From Eledone cirrhosa (Eukaryota): a stretch of 64,000 nucleotides of DNA. A model generated the notes under the pieces. It made no database searches. It saw only the letters and a program-made list of their open reading frames with translations, and was not told the origin of the DNA. Below are positions 50,235-63,937 of the stretch, in pieces (within the stretch, counting starts at the first letter, position 1; the number at the start of each line of letters is the position of its first letter). The position numbers were made by a program, and so were the translations under genes. Location of the stretch: NCBI GenBank assembly GCA_964016885.1, contig OZ024741.1, positions 361,150,001 through 361,214,000 of the forward strand. Direction: 5' to 3'.

Positions 50235-50975
50235 CTCTTCAGTTAAGACAATGACTGACAACCTCTCTAGTGCTAGTCCCATGAAAAATGCACCCAGTAC
50301 AGCCCCGTAAGATGGTTGGCAATAGGAAGGGCCACCTGTTGTAGAAACCATGCCAAAAAAGGGGCCAAGGGCCTCTAGTGTTGGTAATCTACATGATAAA
50401 TGTACCTAGTACACTCTGTAAAGTGGTTGGTAATAGTAAGGGCATCCAGCCAGAGAAAACTCACCAAACAAAGAGTCAGGAGGATTCTTCAGTTGTGTGA
50501 AAGACTCGACAATCTTCCCAATATTGATGATCTACCCGATAAATGCAAGCACCCAGTACACTCTGTTGGTGATTGGAATGGCATTCATCTGTAGAACATC
50601 TACTAAACTAAGTGTCATGAGGACTCTTCATCTGTGTCAAAGATATGGTAACCTCCATAGTACTAGTGATCTACATGATAAATGTACTTAGTACACTCTG
50701 TTAAGTGGTTGGTGATGGGAAGAGCATCCAGCCATAGAAAACCTGCAAAAGAAAGGATTGGGAGGGACTTTTTAGCTGTGTTAAAGACATGTCAATCTCC
50801 CTAGTACTACTGCCATAATAAAATGCATTCAGCAGAGCACAGCAAAATATGTAAGCAAGATGTAAACCCTTGGGTCATTTGAGAGGTCAGTAGCTCCTCT
50901 TAAACACTGACTTAGTCTGTGACAACCCATTCAACTCTCACTAGCAGGAAAAGTGGACTTTAAATGAAGATCACA
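50235..50975 (+). repeat. Diverged ~115-bp tandem units of an RTE-tail-related SINE family
   Basis: Recurrent ctagtgttggtaatctacatgataaatgcacccagtacactctgtaaagtggttgg. Relatives at 49250-49560, 55950-56210 and 21590-21880. Confidence 0.6.
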
Positions 50976-51189
50976 ACTAGAAAGGTTTTAATCATGTATT
51001 TGCTGCATGAGAGGAGGGAGCCCTGGGACTTAGCATGAACTATTATAGAACATTATAACTAGCAGTATTTATTGGAGCAATATCTATTAACCTTTTTATG
51101 ACAGTATTTCTAAAGAAATACACTGTAATCTAATTAATTAACAAAAAATTTGGAAAGATTCATTTATATTATTAACTGTTTGATTATTA

Positions 51190-52070
51190 TGCTTCACAGC
51201 ATAGAGTTACGTCCATTTGCGTTCTGAGTTCAAATCCCACTGAGGTTAACTTTGCCTGTCATCCTTACAGGAGTGATAAAATAAAATACCAGTCCCGCAC
51301 TGGGGTCAATTTAATTGATTTTCCCCTCTCCCCAATTGCTGGCCTTGTGCCTATATAGAAATCATTTTGGCAGTATCGGTAGAGGGTCGGACGCCATGAT
51401 TTCCAGCATAGAGTTACGCCCCTTTACGTTCTGAGTTCAAATCTCGCTGAGGTTAACTTGGCCTTTCATCCTTACGGGGTCGATAAAATAATGCACTGGG
51501 ATAATTGCTGGCCTTGTGCCAAATGTAGAAACAATTATTATGCTTCGCAGCACAGAGTTACATACCTTTACATTCTAAGTTCAAATCCCGCCGAGGATAG
51601 CTTTGCCTTTCATCCTTATGGGGTCAATAAAATAAAGTACCAGTATTGCACTGGAGTCGATTTAATTGACCCCCCCCCCCCCCCCCCCCCCAAAAAAAAA
51701 TTGTTGACCTTGTGCCTAAATCAGAAACCATTATTATAACATATCCCGCCAAGGTTAACTTTGCCTTTCATCCTTCTGGGGTCGATAGAATAAAGTACCA
51801 GTAATGCATTGGGTAATTGCTGGCCTTGTGCCAAAAGTAGAAACAATTATTATAAGATAATTTGATGGTTTCTGATTTAGTCACAATGCCTTTTGGGGGG
51901 AACGGGAAAGTCAATTGAATCGACACCAGTGCATTACTGGTACTTTATTTTATCAACCCCATAAGGATGAAAGGCAAAGCTCACCTCAGTGGGATTTGAA
52001 CTAAGAACGCAAAGGGCCATAACTCTATGCTGCAAAGCATGTTGTCCATTGTCCTACCAATACCGCCAAT
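51190..52070. mobile_element. Cluster of at least five tRNA-derived SINE copies or fragments (four +, one -)
   Basis: Repeated gagttcaaatccc...gcctttcatcctt...gataaaataaagtaccag cores. Confidence 0.85.
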
Positions 52071-52645
52071 CTAACGCCTTATTTATAACATAATTTAATT
52101 TTAAAAGTTTTTATATCAAATTATGTTGGCAGGTAGGAACCCTTTAGAATGGGTGGTCTTGTTTCATAAACCTAGAGGCAGTTTGTAGCATGTGGACATC
52201 AAAGGAATTAACCAAATAATTGATTTGAGCAGTTATGTATTGGTCAGGCTGTTGATCTAACTTGTTACTCAACTGAAATATAGATAGTTGAGTCTACATG
52301 TAAACACTACTATGCTGTGACTATTGATTGACAAAGACACTTTTCTAACTTGGAGACTTTGATCAATCAACTGACTGTATGTACCTTTACATGATTGCTC
52401 CATTCTGCTAGAAATAGCAACTAAATCTCTCTTAAATTACAACCTACTATCTTTAAAAAGGGAAGGATGCTTCAGACAATGCAATTTTGGATATTGTGTG
52501 TCAGCAAACCATTAAAAAAAGACAATATGGTCACAGCTGAAATTTCTTTGATCATAGATCTGCTCAATCAAGGCTTACTTAGTTGTAAACATCCATATAG
52601 AAACATTATGTGTGTTTATGGATCTGTATACACCATATACAAATA

Positions 52646-52654
<9 letters not shown>

Positions 52655-52683
<29 letters not shown>

Positions 52684-53025
52684 AATTATTCTGTACAGTG
52701 CTCAGGTGCACTACAACTCATCAAAGGTGCATGTATAGTACATAGAATAATGTACAAATGTCAGGAAAATGAACAGTGTATGAGTTATGATATACATGTG
52801 TGTATGTGTATGGAGGGGGGTCATCAGGTGTAGTGTTGGCAAATCTCAGGAAGCATGAAAGTTTTAAAGGATGTAGTGTCCCGGCAGCTAACAACTGATG
52901 CAGGGAGTTTATTCCATGCTTCAACAACTCTGAGCATGAACAAATGTTTCCAAAAGTCATGGGAGCTGTGCTGTTTTCTGACCTTGTAGGTATGTCCACA
53001 TGTGTTAGACACATGGAATTGTGGT
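52655..53025 (-). mobile_element. 3' end of the CR1/L2-group LINE with (ATT)n tail
   Basis: SNTCGHTYKVRKQHSSHDFWKHLFMLRVVEAWNKLPASVV matches the C-terminus of 59926-61188. Confidence 0.9.
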
Positions 53026-53999
53026 CAATAAATAAAACATTAAACATCTTTGCAATGTAACAGCATTATGGAAATATCCAAAATGGTGGAGGAGGGGTCA
53101 AATGATGTTATCATCTATCACAGGATTTGGCATGGGTGAAGATGGACTGTGTAGTAGAAATTGTTGGCTTTGTAATTTTCAAAATGTGGTCAGAGCAAGA
53201 AGTGTCAAAAATAAGGTTCATCATTTTACCAGACTCTAAGTTGAAATTATTTTATTTGGGAGAACGGAATGGGGTGCCTAACTGAGAGAAAGAGGGAACA
53301 CATTGTAGGGCTAACCTAGATTGTTAACTACCCAGGCACTGGTCCTTCCTCCAACCCATCACCAGGACTGAATGGTATTATATGTATTGAAGACACTCCA
53401 CCTCATCCCCGTGAAAGTATGAAAAGCTAAGTTGATCTCAGCAGCATTTGAACTCGGAGCACAGAGAACAAGAATGAATACTGCAAAGCATTCTATACTA
53501 CTCATATAATTTCTAACATAGGCACAAGGCCAGAAATTTGATAGGGTAGGTTGTCGAAAAGTTGATTAAATCATGCCAATTCGTTGACTTTATTGTATAC
53601 ACATACATACATGAACATATGTGTGCTTGTGTTTGTGTGTGTATATATGTATGTATGCATGTATGTATGTATATATGTATGCTTGGTGAGGAGGGTGATT
53701 TTTGGACACCCACTTTTTGTCACAACACCTTTCTAAGAGAGGGAAACTATGAAAAAAAACCTGCAGCTTCGGAAGCATTCGATGATGTTGACCAGTTCTC
53801 ATTTTCATAGTGTTTTCGATGCTCAGAGTGTGCAAGGCCTTTCCCCACTTAAAAAACCTTCAAAGCACAGGCATTGCTCGTTCAGGATATGTTACAGGTT
53901 TGTGTGACTGGCCATAGCCTAAAAGTGCACCAAACTCTATAATCTGACAAGCGATTGCAATACTTTCAGCAGAGTTTGCAGCCATCATGTATGTATGTG

Positions 54000-54525
54000 A
54001 AGGTGTGTGGCTTTGTAGTTTAGGTATTTGGCTCACAAACGTAAGATCGTGAGTTCAATTCCTTGCGCCGTGTTGTGTCCTTGAGCAAGACACTTTATTT
54101 CACATTGCTCCAGTCCACTCAGCTGGCAAAAATAAGTTGTATCTGTAATTTGAAGGGCCAGCCTTGTCACATTCTGTGTCATGCTGAATCTCCCTGAGAA
54201 CTACGGTAACCCTTTAGCATTTACATTACTCTATATTTACTATTGTATTTTCATGGTAAAGGCTTTATCTCACATAATATCGAATCTATGAGATTTGCTA
54301 TTATTTATTTTGAGAACAATACCTTAACATAAATATGAGTGGCCAGTTACAGCCGGTTTGAACAGAAAGAGGTAAGAGGATACGGCCAGTTTAAATGTTA
54401 AAGGGTTAAGGGCACGTGTGTCTGCAGAATGCTCAGCCACTTGCCTGCTAATTTCACAAGCAGGTTGTTCCATTGATTAGATCAATTGGAACACTCATCA
54501 TCGTACCAACAGAGTGCCAGTTGGT
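54000..54525 (+). mobile_element. tRNA-derived SINE interrupted by a piggyBac-type MITE (54206-54409)
   Basis: B-box gagttcaattcc and core cttgagcaagacactttatttcac. The MITE has its TIRs, and the SINE resumes after it (compare 10920-11220). Confidence 0.75.
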
Positions 54526-54539
54526 TATATATGGACCAT

Positions 54540-55815
54540 CTGGTATAGTTGCTGAGTTGCATCTGGCATAGTAGGATACAAGCTAGTCAGATGCATAATC
54601 AAGAAGTACAGGATGGTGTCATAACCAGTGACTAGCTCAACAGCATCATTATAAATTGTTACAAGGGCAAAGGAGATGCACTAGAGAGAAGTAACTGCAG
54701 AGGCATCAAGTTGATTGACCAGGTCATGAAAGTTGCTGAAAACGTTATAGCATAACTAATTAGGGAAATAATCAAGTTAGATGAGATGTCGTTTGGATTT
54801 ATGCCAGGTAAGGGTACTACTAACGTCCTATTTCTGGTGAGACAATCAGGGCCTTCAAGGGAAATTTTGCAAGGTGGTACAAGACCCTTTTGGGGTCCAA
54901 AGCAGGCAAATATTTTTTTCTCAAAATGGATGTTGCATGTATGTGGGGTCTTCTTAGCTCTTGGGCCATGGAACAAAGTACTGAGTGGACACCTCCCTCC
55001 TCATAGATCCTGGAGACAACCACAGGAGAGGTAATTAACTAAGAGTAAACCACTGATCTGGAGAAGACCTTTGACAGGGTCCCATGCTCAATAATCTAGT
55101 GGGTACTTAGGAAGCTAGGTGTAGACAAATTGTTTGTGAGGTCCATGCAGGCCATATATAGAGGAACAGCCAGCAGAATGAGAGTTGACAATGAGTAGTG
55201 ATGAATTTGAAGTGCAGGTGGAGGTCAACCAGGTATCAGTCCCCAGTTCACTCCTGTTTATCAATATCCTTATTATTATCATTATCCTTAATGCTATCAC
55301 TGGAAGAAGAACCTAGAGTTGAAAGGCCTAAAAGTAAACTTAGCAGAAATGAAAACATTAAGAAGACAGGAAGGTGATACTATAAGTGGAATTTATGGAC
55401 ACACAAGAGCTGTAGTCAGATTGTAGAAGGGCTAACACAAAAGATAGACTTTATATGTGGCAGATGCACAGGGGAAGTGAGCACAAAGAGCACATGTGAA
55501 ATAGATTCCTTCAGCTGCCAGTGGGGCTCCCTAGAAGTTGTTGACAGCTTTCGCTACCTAGGTGGGGGAAGATGTGCTGAAAGAGAAATTGGTTGTAGTG
55601 TACAAAAGAGAAGACTGCATTGGTATGGACATGTGAAACACATGGAAGATTACAGCTGCATAAAGAAATGCAGAGAAACCCCAGTGGCTTGGACCCATGG
55701 AAGGGGCAGACCCAGGAAGAATGGGATGAGATTATGAAGAACGACCTTAAAAAAAACTAAACCTCACAAGAAAAATGACTAAAGAACACAAGAGATGATG
55801 CTATGTGGTGCTGAA
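54540..55815 (+). mobile_element. Old, fragmented RTE LINE
   Basis: NCYKGKGDALERSNCRGIKLIDQVMKV, FGFMPGKGTT, DLEKTFDRVP, VVDSFRYLG and RRLHWYGHV remnants with internal deletions. Confidence 0.85.
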
Positions 55816-56760
55816 GAAGACTGCACCTGTAACATACAATGAGGCCTGACCCACCCTTGGGTCCCACCCTTCCACTAGCACTCACTAACAGCTAGTTGCA
55901 GCCTCCCTACACCACTCTCAACACACACACATACACACACACACATTCCTAGTAAAGTGCTTAGTGATGAGAAGGCCATCCAGCCATGGAGGGCTTTCCA
56001 AACAAAGGGTTTGGGGGGCCTTTCAGTCATGTCAAGGACGTGACAGCCTCCCTAGTGTTGGTTATCTACATGATAAACACATCCTGTGCATGGAGTAAAG
56101 TGGTTGGTGATAAGAAGGGTATCCAGCCATAGAAAGCTTGCAAACAAAGGGTTGGGAGGACCTTCAATTATGTCAAAGACATGACAGCCTGTCCTGTGAA
56201 CTCAGTAGAACAATGGTTCTACTTCAAATGGTTCACTTGTGGTGATGTAATACTGCTGTGGAGAAAATAATTTTCTCCTGACAGATGGGTATAAATTTAC
56301 AAATGAACAAGGCCTGCTAATTTATATGTTTTTATTGGTTGCATAATTTACTTGATAATGAACAATGGAAAAGTTTACATGTATAACTGAAGTGTGTTGA
56401 TTGCATGAATGTAGAATCTCAAAATAGTTAATTTTTCTAACCTGTGGTGTTGATGTTGGTAGTCAACACTCCTAGGCAATAGGGTTGGCTAGCTGTGTAT
56501 GCATATGTGGCTACACCATGAACTGCACTGTCTGTATGATGTAGAGCAAAGAAGCCGATTGTTCTGTGGTCAAAAGTTTTTGTATTTATAAGGACTGTGT
56601 GTCTAGAAAACATCAAACACATGTCCCTTGACAATTTCCTTTTAAACAAAGGCATTAAATCTTTTTGGTACCTCAGTTAGTCTGACTGAGGTTAAAGGTC
56701 AGTGTGTGTTGATAAAGCGACCACCTGAGAACATGGAAACGATTTTGCTACACACACTCA

Positions 56761-56797
<37 letters not shown>

Positions 56798-57935
56798 GTA
56801 AAACCAACTTATTTTAGTTGGTCTAGCTTATATCTCAGCAAATAGGGATTTTAATGTGTGTGTAAGTATGTATACATGATGATTGCTTCATCTGTCTTAA
56901 TATCACTTCAGGCATACATGCAAGTCTACATCCACCTATATGTAAGGAGGTGACTTTTTAATTCAGCAACAAAATGCCAAATCAATACCCACCCAGACAC
57001 TGACAACTCTCAAACATAGTACACATCAACACAAGTGACTGAGGTGATGAAACTACAGAAGTGGCAGAATTTCACGGCTGCAAATTCGCTTAATAGCTGC
57101 AGCAATAGGCCCACTGTCTATATGGTGCCAAGAGATGAAATGACATATGAGAAGATTGCAAAAGAGACATCTGTACATTACAGATTATAGTGACAAATGC
57201 TTGTAAAACATGAGTACCATTCTCTAAGTCCCAGTGATCATTAATTGATGACAAGCTTAAGCAAGATCATCAGTAATTATGTAAACTGCAGGTTTCACTT
57301 CAGAGTTTCTCCCTCTTAGAAGTATTCTATAGCAACAGCTCGGGGTCCTTCACTCCCAGTGAACTTACTGCATGTCTGACACTATCCAGGGAGATTTATG
57401 ACTTCCTGCACACAGATGGTTCATCATAATTATGACAAAGTCCAATCTATCCTGGTTTTGAAAACAGAGTGACCCTTCTCCTTGACAGGCTGCCACTCAA
57501 GGCTGACGATTTCTGTCTACCTGGAGCAATTGGTTTTAAGGGGCCAATAACTCACATTTGTCCCTCCATCTTGTCAGTTCCAAGTGCTCTCACCACGGGA
57601 AGGCCAGGAGCTGGGCTTTGGTTGTCAGAGGCTATATGAGACACAAGCCGTGTGGGGCATTTTAGTAGAGAGATTCTCAGGCCTACTCCCACTCCAGCAA
57701 TGGTAACCTTAGGACATGTATACATACATATATGCATACATATGAGTGAGTATATATATATATATATACCAGAGAAAAAGGACGTTAAACAATTGTTACT
57801 ACTTTTGGCACAAGGCCAGCAATTATCCCAGTGCATTACTGGTACTTTATTTTAGCATATTAACCCCCATAAGGATGAAAGGCAAAGTTAGCCTCGGACG
57901 TTAAATAATGATGACAGTGTGTATGTGTATATACA

Positions 57936-58014
57936 CAGGATGTCCCCCAAAAGTATATACACACTTCAACAGCATTCTAAGCAAAGTGTGTATACATTTT
58001 TGGGACCTCCTGTA
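57936..58014. mobile_element. Tiny Tc1/mariner-type MITE
   Basis: Imperfect TIRs caggatgtcccccaaaagtatatacacact / agtgtgtatacatttttgggacctcctg with a TA flank. Confidence 0.6.
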
Positions 58015-58032
58015 TATATATATATAAATATA

Positions 58033-58106
58033 TATATGAAAGACGTAAAATAAGAAAATTAAGTATGTTAATTTTCATAATTTTCTTATTTTACGTCTTT
58101 CATATA
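58033..58106. repeat. (TA)n-adjacent hairpin with ~29-bp arms
   Basis: tatgaaagacgtaaaataagaaaatta / taattttcttattttacgtctttcata. Confidence 0.8.
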
Positions 58107-58222
58107 ATTGTTCTGCATCCCCTTGCATAAAACCACATAGTTACTAAGACAAAACATATATATTTGCTAGCATAGGTATGCATCTGTATACATATGTTGG
58201 TAGATATACTAATTCTTTATAA

Positions 58223-58303
<81 letters not shown>

Positions 58304-58353
58304 TATATATATATATATATGCATATATCTATATATGCATATATATATCTATA

Positions 58354-58446
<93 letters not shown>

Positions 58447-58705
58447 ATTTCCGTCTTTCATACTGTTCTTAATGTTATTGTTTAGCCCCAGGTTAGTCCT
58501 GTTTGAGCAGATCAAAGGTATGGCTAGTCATGAGCCATCCCACCATCCTGTCCTGTCTTAGGTGTATGTATTTAGGACTTAATTATCCAATACGTCCTTT
58601 CTTTATTCATGTTGGTTTAGGTGTAATTTAAGGAAACATTCGGTTGGCTGCCATTTCTAGCTGGCCGAGAGGCCACATAGGAAGTTTTTTTTTTGTGATA
58701 TACGT

Positions 58706-61188
58706 ATGACCATGTCAACACTGCTACTTGGAGTCGTTTACCGTCCCCCAAATTACCATCAGGACACTCAACTTCGTGATATCCTCAGAGCTGCTGCCAG
58801 GAAAACAGCCACTTATGTTTTCATTGCAGGAGACTTCAATCACCCTGAGATTGACTGGGAAACCTTTCGTTGGCCGCCAAGTGCAAATGACTTCCTTGAG
58901 CTAGTGCTGGACTCGGGTTGGTCCCAAGTAGTCACCTCCCCAACAAGAGGTGACAACACTTTGGACCTACTCTTCACCACTACTCCTGAAACGGTCATTA
59001 GTGTTACTGCTGAGGAACCTTTAGGTGACTCTGATCATGCTATGATAATTGCCAATCTATCCCTCATGGGCAGTAACAAGAACCACAACCATCTCCAAAC
59101 TGCTCACTTTGACTGGAATAAAGCAGACTGGAACTGTTACTGCACCGAGTTGCAACGGCCAAACTGGCTTGAGTTCTACGACTCTGGAGATGTCAACACT
59201 GTACTCCAGAACATCCTGAGCTCAATATGGACATCATGTGCAACATCGGTGCCACGTAAGCAGAAAAAACATCCCCAAAGTGCAATTTGGGAGACTGCAG
59301 CAGTCCGTCTTGCCAGAAAAGAACGGCGCAATGCTGAACGTGAGTACAAACTTCACAAATCAGACATTAATAGGAAGAGGCGAAATAGATCGTCCAACCA
59401 CCTCAAACAGGTGACAAAAATGGCAGTGCTTCAATTTGAGCAGCGCCTAGTAACCAGCCCTGACAGTAAGGAGTTCTGGAAGTATGTTCACTCAAAGCAG
59501 AGGCCTCACTCTCCAGTTGGTCCTCTTCGCAATCCCCACACAAGCCAGGTTACTGACGACCCCAAGGAATGCGCAGAGCTCATTGCTGAATGCTATGCAG
59601 GCATTTTCACTATTGAAGACCAGAGTGTACCATCTCCACCACCCATGACACCGGACTCTATTACAACCATGGAATTTACACCTGCAATGCTGCGACGTCA
59701 CCTAAAAAATAAACGCAACCATGCCTCTCCTGGTCTTGATGGTGTTACGTACCTGCTTCTTAAACGTGGCGGGTACTTCCTTCGGCACCAGTTATCACGC
59801 TTCTTCCAATTCTGTCTGAACAACATTACTACTCCAGAACAGTGGAAAACTGCCAGTGTCATTCCTCTGTTCAAAAAGGGTGACCGCACATCACCTGTGA
59901 ACTATCGTCCAGTCAGTCTTACTAGTTGCATCGCCAAACTGATGGAATCCTGTGTCAGGAAACACTTTGGAACTTCTGGAGCTCTCACAGTCATATCCGG
60001 CCCTCGCAATTTGGATTTATCCCCAACTCCAGCTGCTGTGATCAACTTATAGAGTTTCTTGAGGACATCACCCGGATCACTGATGGCGGCTCATGGGTGG
60101 ATTTTGTTTACCTTGACTTTGAGAAAGCCTTCAATTCTGTGCCACACAAAAGGCTTATGGCAAAACTCTCTGCAATGGGTGTGAAGGATGATCTTTTTAA
60201 CTGGTTGAAGTCCTTCATTCTCAGTCGAAGAGAGGTAGTCACGGTTCTGAGACAGCATTCCTCACCATATGAGATGTCATCTGGTGTACCACAGGGATCT
60301 GTTCTTGGCCACCTTTTGTTTGTGATATATATTAATGACATAGATGCCAACTTAAAGAATGCCACGGTACTAAAGTACGCAGACGACATCAAGCTGTACC
60401 TTGAGATAAATAGGACAGATCCTGAACACTATAGATCTTGCTTGCAGTCTGACCTGGACACAATGCAACAATGGATCTCAGACTGGCAACTCAAGCTAGC
60501 TGTGGACAAGTGCACCACCATGCATTTTGGGAGTAAAAACCCAGCGTCCACATACTCCCTCCACAGCACTAATATCAAGAAGTCTTCTTGTGAACGTCAC
60601 CTGGGCATTACAGTCAGCAGCGATTTGCGTTGGACGAAGCACGTCTCTAAAATTGTCAAGAGGGCCGAGGGTGTCTTAGCATCACTCAGCAAGACCTTTG
60701 TCAGCCGCTCTCCAGATATCTATTTAAGGCTGTACATGGCTATGGTGCGGCCACACTTAGAATTTGCATCACCAGTCTGGAACATCTATCTTGCTCAGAA
60801 CATTGACTGCCTGGAAACTGTTCGGAGACGTGCAACCAAGCAAATACCCTCCATCAGGCATCTACCATACTCTGAGCGCCTTGCTTCCCTGGGCATGGAT
60901 ACATTGAAGCTCCGACGCCTGGCAACTGACTTGGTAAACACCCACAAAATTGTTAACCGTCTTGCCAACAACAACCCTGAGTACCTTTTTGATTTCCATG
61001 TGTCTAACACACGTGGACATGCCCACAAAGTCAGAAAACAGCACAGCTTCCATGACTTTCGGAAACATTTTTTCACGCTCAGAGTTGCTGAAGCATGGAA
61101 CAAACTACCTGCATCAGTTGTTAGCTGTCGAGACACTGCATCCTTTAAGGCCTCCATGCTTCCCGAGATCCGCCAACACTACAGCTAA
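58706..61188 (+). pseudogene. LINE ORF2 (EN-RT) split by a probable 1-nt deletion near 59959
   Basis: ORF 58706-60052 reads ...KLMESCVR and the protein continues ETLWNFW...QFGF in the frame of 59926-61188. Confidence 0.88.
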
Positions 61189-61268
61189 TGTTCCCCCTCC
61201 ATACACATACACACATGTATACCATGACTCATACACTATTCACTTCCCTGACATTTGTGTATTATTCT

Positions 61269-61442
61269 TGGCAGTATCAGTAGAGGGTCGGACGCCATGC
61301 TTTCCAGCATACTTACGTCCCTTTACGATCTGAGTTCAAATCCCGCCGAGGTTGACTTTTCCTTTCATCCTTACGGGGTCGATAAAATAAAGTACCAGTA
61401 ATGCACTGGATAATTGCTGGCCTTGTGCCTAAAGTAGAGACA
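61269..61442 (+). mobile_element. tRNA-derived SINE inserted in the LINE 3' UTR with an 8-bp TSD
   Basis: attattct at 61261-61268 and 61443-61450. The empty site has a single attattct in the copy at ~52744. Confidence 0.9.
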
Positions 61443-61687
61443 ATTATTCTATATATACTATACATACACCTTTGACGAGTTGTAGTGCACCTGAGCACTT
61501 TACACAATAATTTCATTATCATTATCATAGAGACTCCCACATTAATGCGCATACTGACTGGCTTTTTATCTCTTTTACACACGAATGTAATTCTGTTTTC
61601 GTTTCGACACTGTCTTTCACACAAACACACATACACACGTAAATACCTACACACATCCCAAAACACACGCACACACACACACACACG

Positions 61688-61728
<41 letters not shown>

Positions 61729-62097
61729 TCAAACACACACACAATTTCTATGTTCTTTCTCTCACACCTATAGTTCCCCCCTTTCTCTCTCTTCGGTTAG
61801 TTCGCTTTTCGTCTCCTCAGTATTGCTATTAAACACTCCTAATTTCATATGAAAGAAAGCCATATACATAACTAAGTAAAATAGCTGTCTGTCTACCAGT
61901 CAGTGTGTCTTTCAGTTTCTCTGTCTGCCTGTCAGTGTGTCTTCGTCTGCCTGTCGACCAATCAGTCATTAGCTAGCAACAACACGACTAACTAATAATA
62001 TATCAACAGCAGCACCAACCTCCACCGACGCATTTTTACTCCAGTCCCACTCGGAGTATCTTCCTTCTTTTTGTTGCATTTCTCAAACCTCAAAAAG

Positions 62098-62496
62098 ATG
62101 CTTTCAGGTTTCTCTAAAATGTTCTCCGGTGGTAGTTCCGGCGGGTTCGAAGGATTTTCCATGGGCCAAGGTGGAAACTTTAACATTGACCTCGGAGAAT
62201 TCGCCCGCAGTACTGGCTTCAAAATACCTATACAATTACCAGGGATGAAAAGCGGTGAGGGAATCAGTGTCCGGCTCCCTGGAAAAGGTAGTGGACATCA
62301 CAGTGTGATAGGAAGGTCATCGAAGAAACAGAGAGAAAATCCCTTTTCCGGTATGGAACAACAGAATTACGACGAAATCGTCAAGAAATGCAAAGAAGAA
62401 GATATTTTATTCGAAGACCCGGAATTTCCAGCCGATGACTCTTCCCTTTTCTTGGATAGCGGATCGCGTGGTAGGATCGAATGGAAAAGACCAAAG
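62098..62496 (+). CDS. First coding exon of a classical calpain (calcium-dependent cysteine protease, large subunit)
   Basis: QNYDEIVKKCKEEDILFEDPEFPADDSSLF...IEWKRPK is the conserved start of the calpain CysPc domain. ATG in aagATG context, GT donor (AAG|gtatgt) at 62497 in phase 0, Gly/Ser/Phe-rich N-terminal extension. The remaining exons lie outside the window. Confidence 0.92.
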
Positions 62497-62981
62497 GTAT
62501 GTATGTGTATGCATACATATAGTAATTAATTGCTTGAGTGTTATTTCGTATTAGGAAAAAGAATGAGTCCTCGATAGGTAAACAGAGGAAATTTATATAG
62601 ATTTAAATACAGCTAATACCTTGTATTGATATAATATATATGTGTGTGTGTTATGAATTTATTTTTATTTGTTTAATTATTCATCTATTTTTGCGATTTG
62701 GTAATTTTAGCTGTTTTCTTTTTTTGTTTTGTTTTTGGTATTTGAATCCCATGGAGGTCAACTATGCCTACCATCATTCCTGGGTCAATAAAATAAAGTG
62801 CCAGTCAAATATTGGAGTCGATTTTAATATTCTTATAAAGCATCATCTCTAGATATGAGATGTTTATAATAGAAAATAGACTAAGATCAAATGACATTTG
62901 TCATTTTGTTTATTATCATCTGAACACCGCAAACTGTTAGTGTTCGTCAGTGTAGTTGAATACTCACACACCCACACGCTT

Positions 62982-63092
<111 letters not shown>

Positions 63093-63098
63093 AACAGC

Positions 63099-63194
63099 TT
63101 CTATAGGACTAGAACTGTTTCATTCGAAGGAAATCATCAGGACAGGGCTTTCCTGGTGATTTCCTTCGAATGAAACAGTTCTAGTCCCGTAGAA
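63099..63194. mobile_element. Fold-back element with a hammerhead-like core in both arms (calpain intron 1)
   Basis: ~44-bp arms around cagggctt. Minus strand reads CTGATGA-t-ttc-cttc-gaa-t-GAAA-cagt-TC; stem I is not recoverable. Follows (CT)n(TA)n(GA)n. Confidence 0.65.
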
Positions 63195-63289
63195 TCCACT
63201 TCTATATTAAATATTGTATACATTCTACTATGTATTGAGCACCTTACTTACTGTGGTTACCCCCGATTGAACCCGAGATACACACACAC

Positions 63290-63293
63290 ACAC

Positions 63294-63350
<57 letters not shown>

Positions 63351-63430
63351 CATGTGTATATATATGTGTGTGTTTGTATGTATATATGTATACATGTATA
63401 TATATATATATGGTGTGTGTGTATGTATGC

Positions 63431-63473
<43 letters not shown>

Positions 63474-63553
63474 CATGTGTATATATATGTGTGTGTTTGT
63501 ATGTATATATGTATACATGTATATATATATATATGGTGTGTGTGTATGTATGC

Positions 63554-63610
<57 letters not shown>

Positions 63611-63690
63611 CATGTGTATATATATGTGTGTGTTTGTATGTATATATGTATACATGTATATATATATATATGGTGTGTGTGTATGTATGC

Positions 63691-63744
<54 letters not shown>
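63290..63744. repeat. Compound TA/TG microsatellite triplicated as a ~125-135-bp higher-order unit
   Basis: tttgcatgtgtatatatatgtgtgtgtttgtatg...tggtgtgtgtgtatgtatgcatg recurs at ~63347, 63470 and 63607. Confidence 0.85.
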
Positions 63745-63746
<2 letters not shown>

Positions 63747-63937
63747 CGAAGGAAGTGTGGTAAGGAACCAGGTGGACCATAACGCACCAGAGTACTCAAT
63801 ACTTAGGGTAGTAGAGTGGGTTATAGTAAATTGTTCAAGACACCGACGGCAGAGCTCAAGCCGTTTCGACGGCTATTTCCGTCCAGAAATAGCCGTCGAA
63901 ACGGCTTGAGCTCTGCCGTCGGGGTCTTGAACATTTT

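Larger units (their letters stand above)
58706..61525 (+). mobile_element. 5'-truncated CR1/L2-group LINE (APE endonuclease plus RT) with one frameshift
   Basis: GVVYRPPN, AGDFNHPEIDW, PTRGDNTLDL and LGDSDH (APE); SPGLDG, NYRPVSLTS, YLDFEKAFNSVPH, GVPQGSVLG and KYADDIKLY (RT); TRGH and WNKLP C-terminal motifs; (ATT/ATC)n tail. Confidence 0.95.

Noticed and set aside
58033-58106. TA-adjacent hairpin as another ribozyme element
   Set aside because: The palindrome is real, but no CUGANGA/GAAA architecture is recognisable. Kept only as a repeat.
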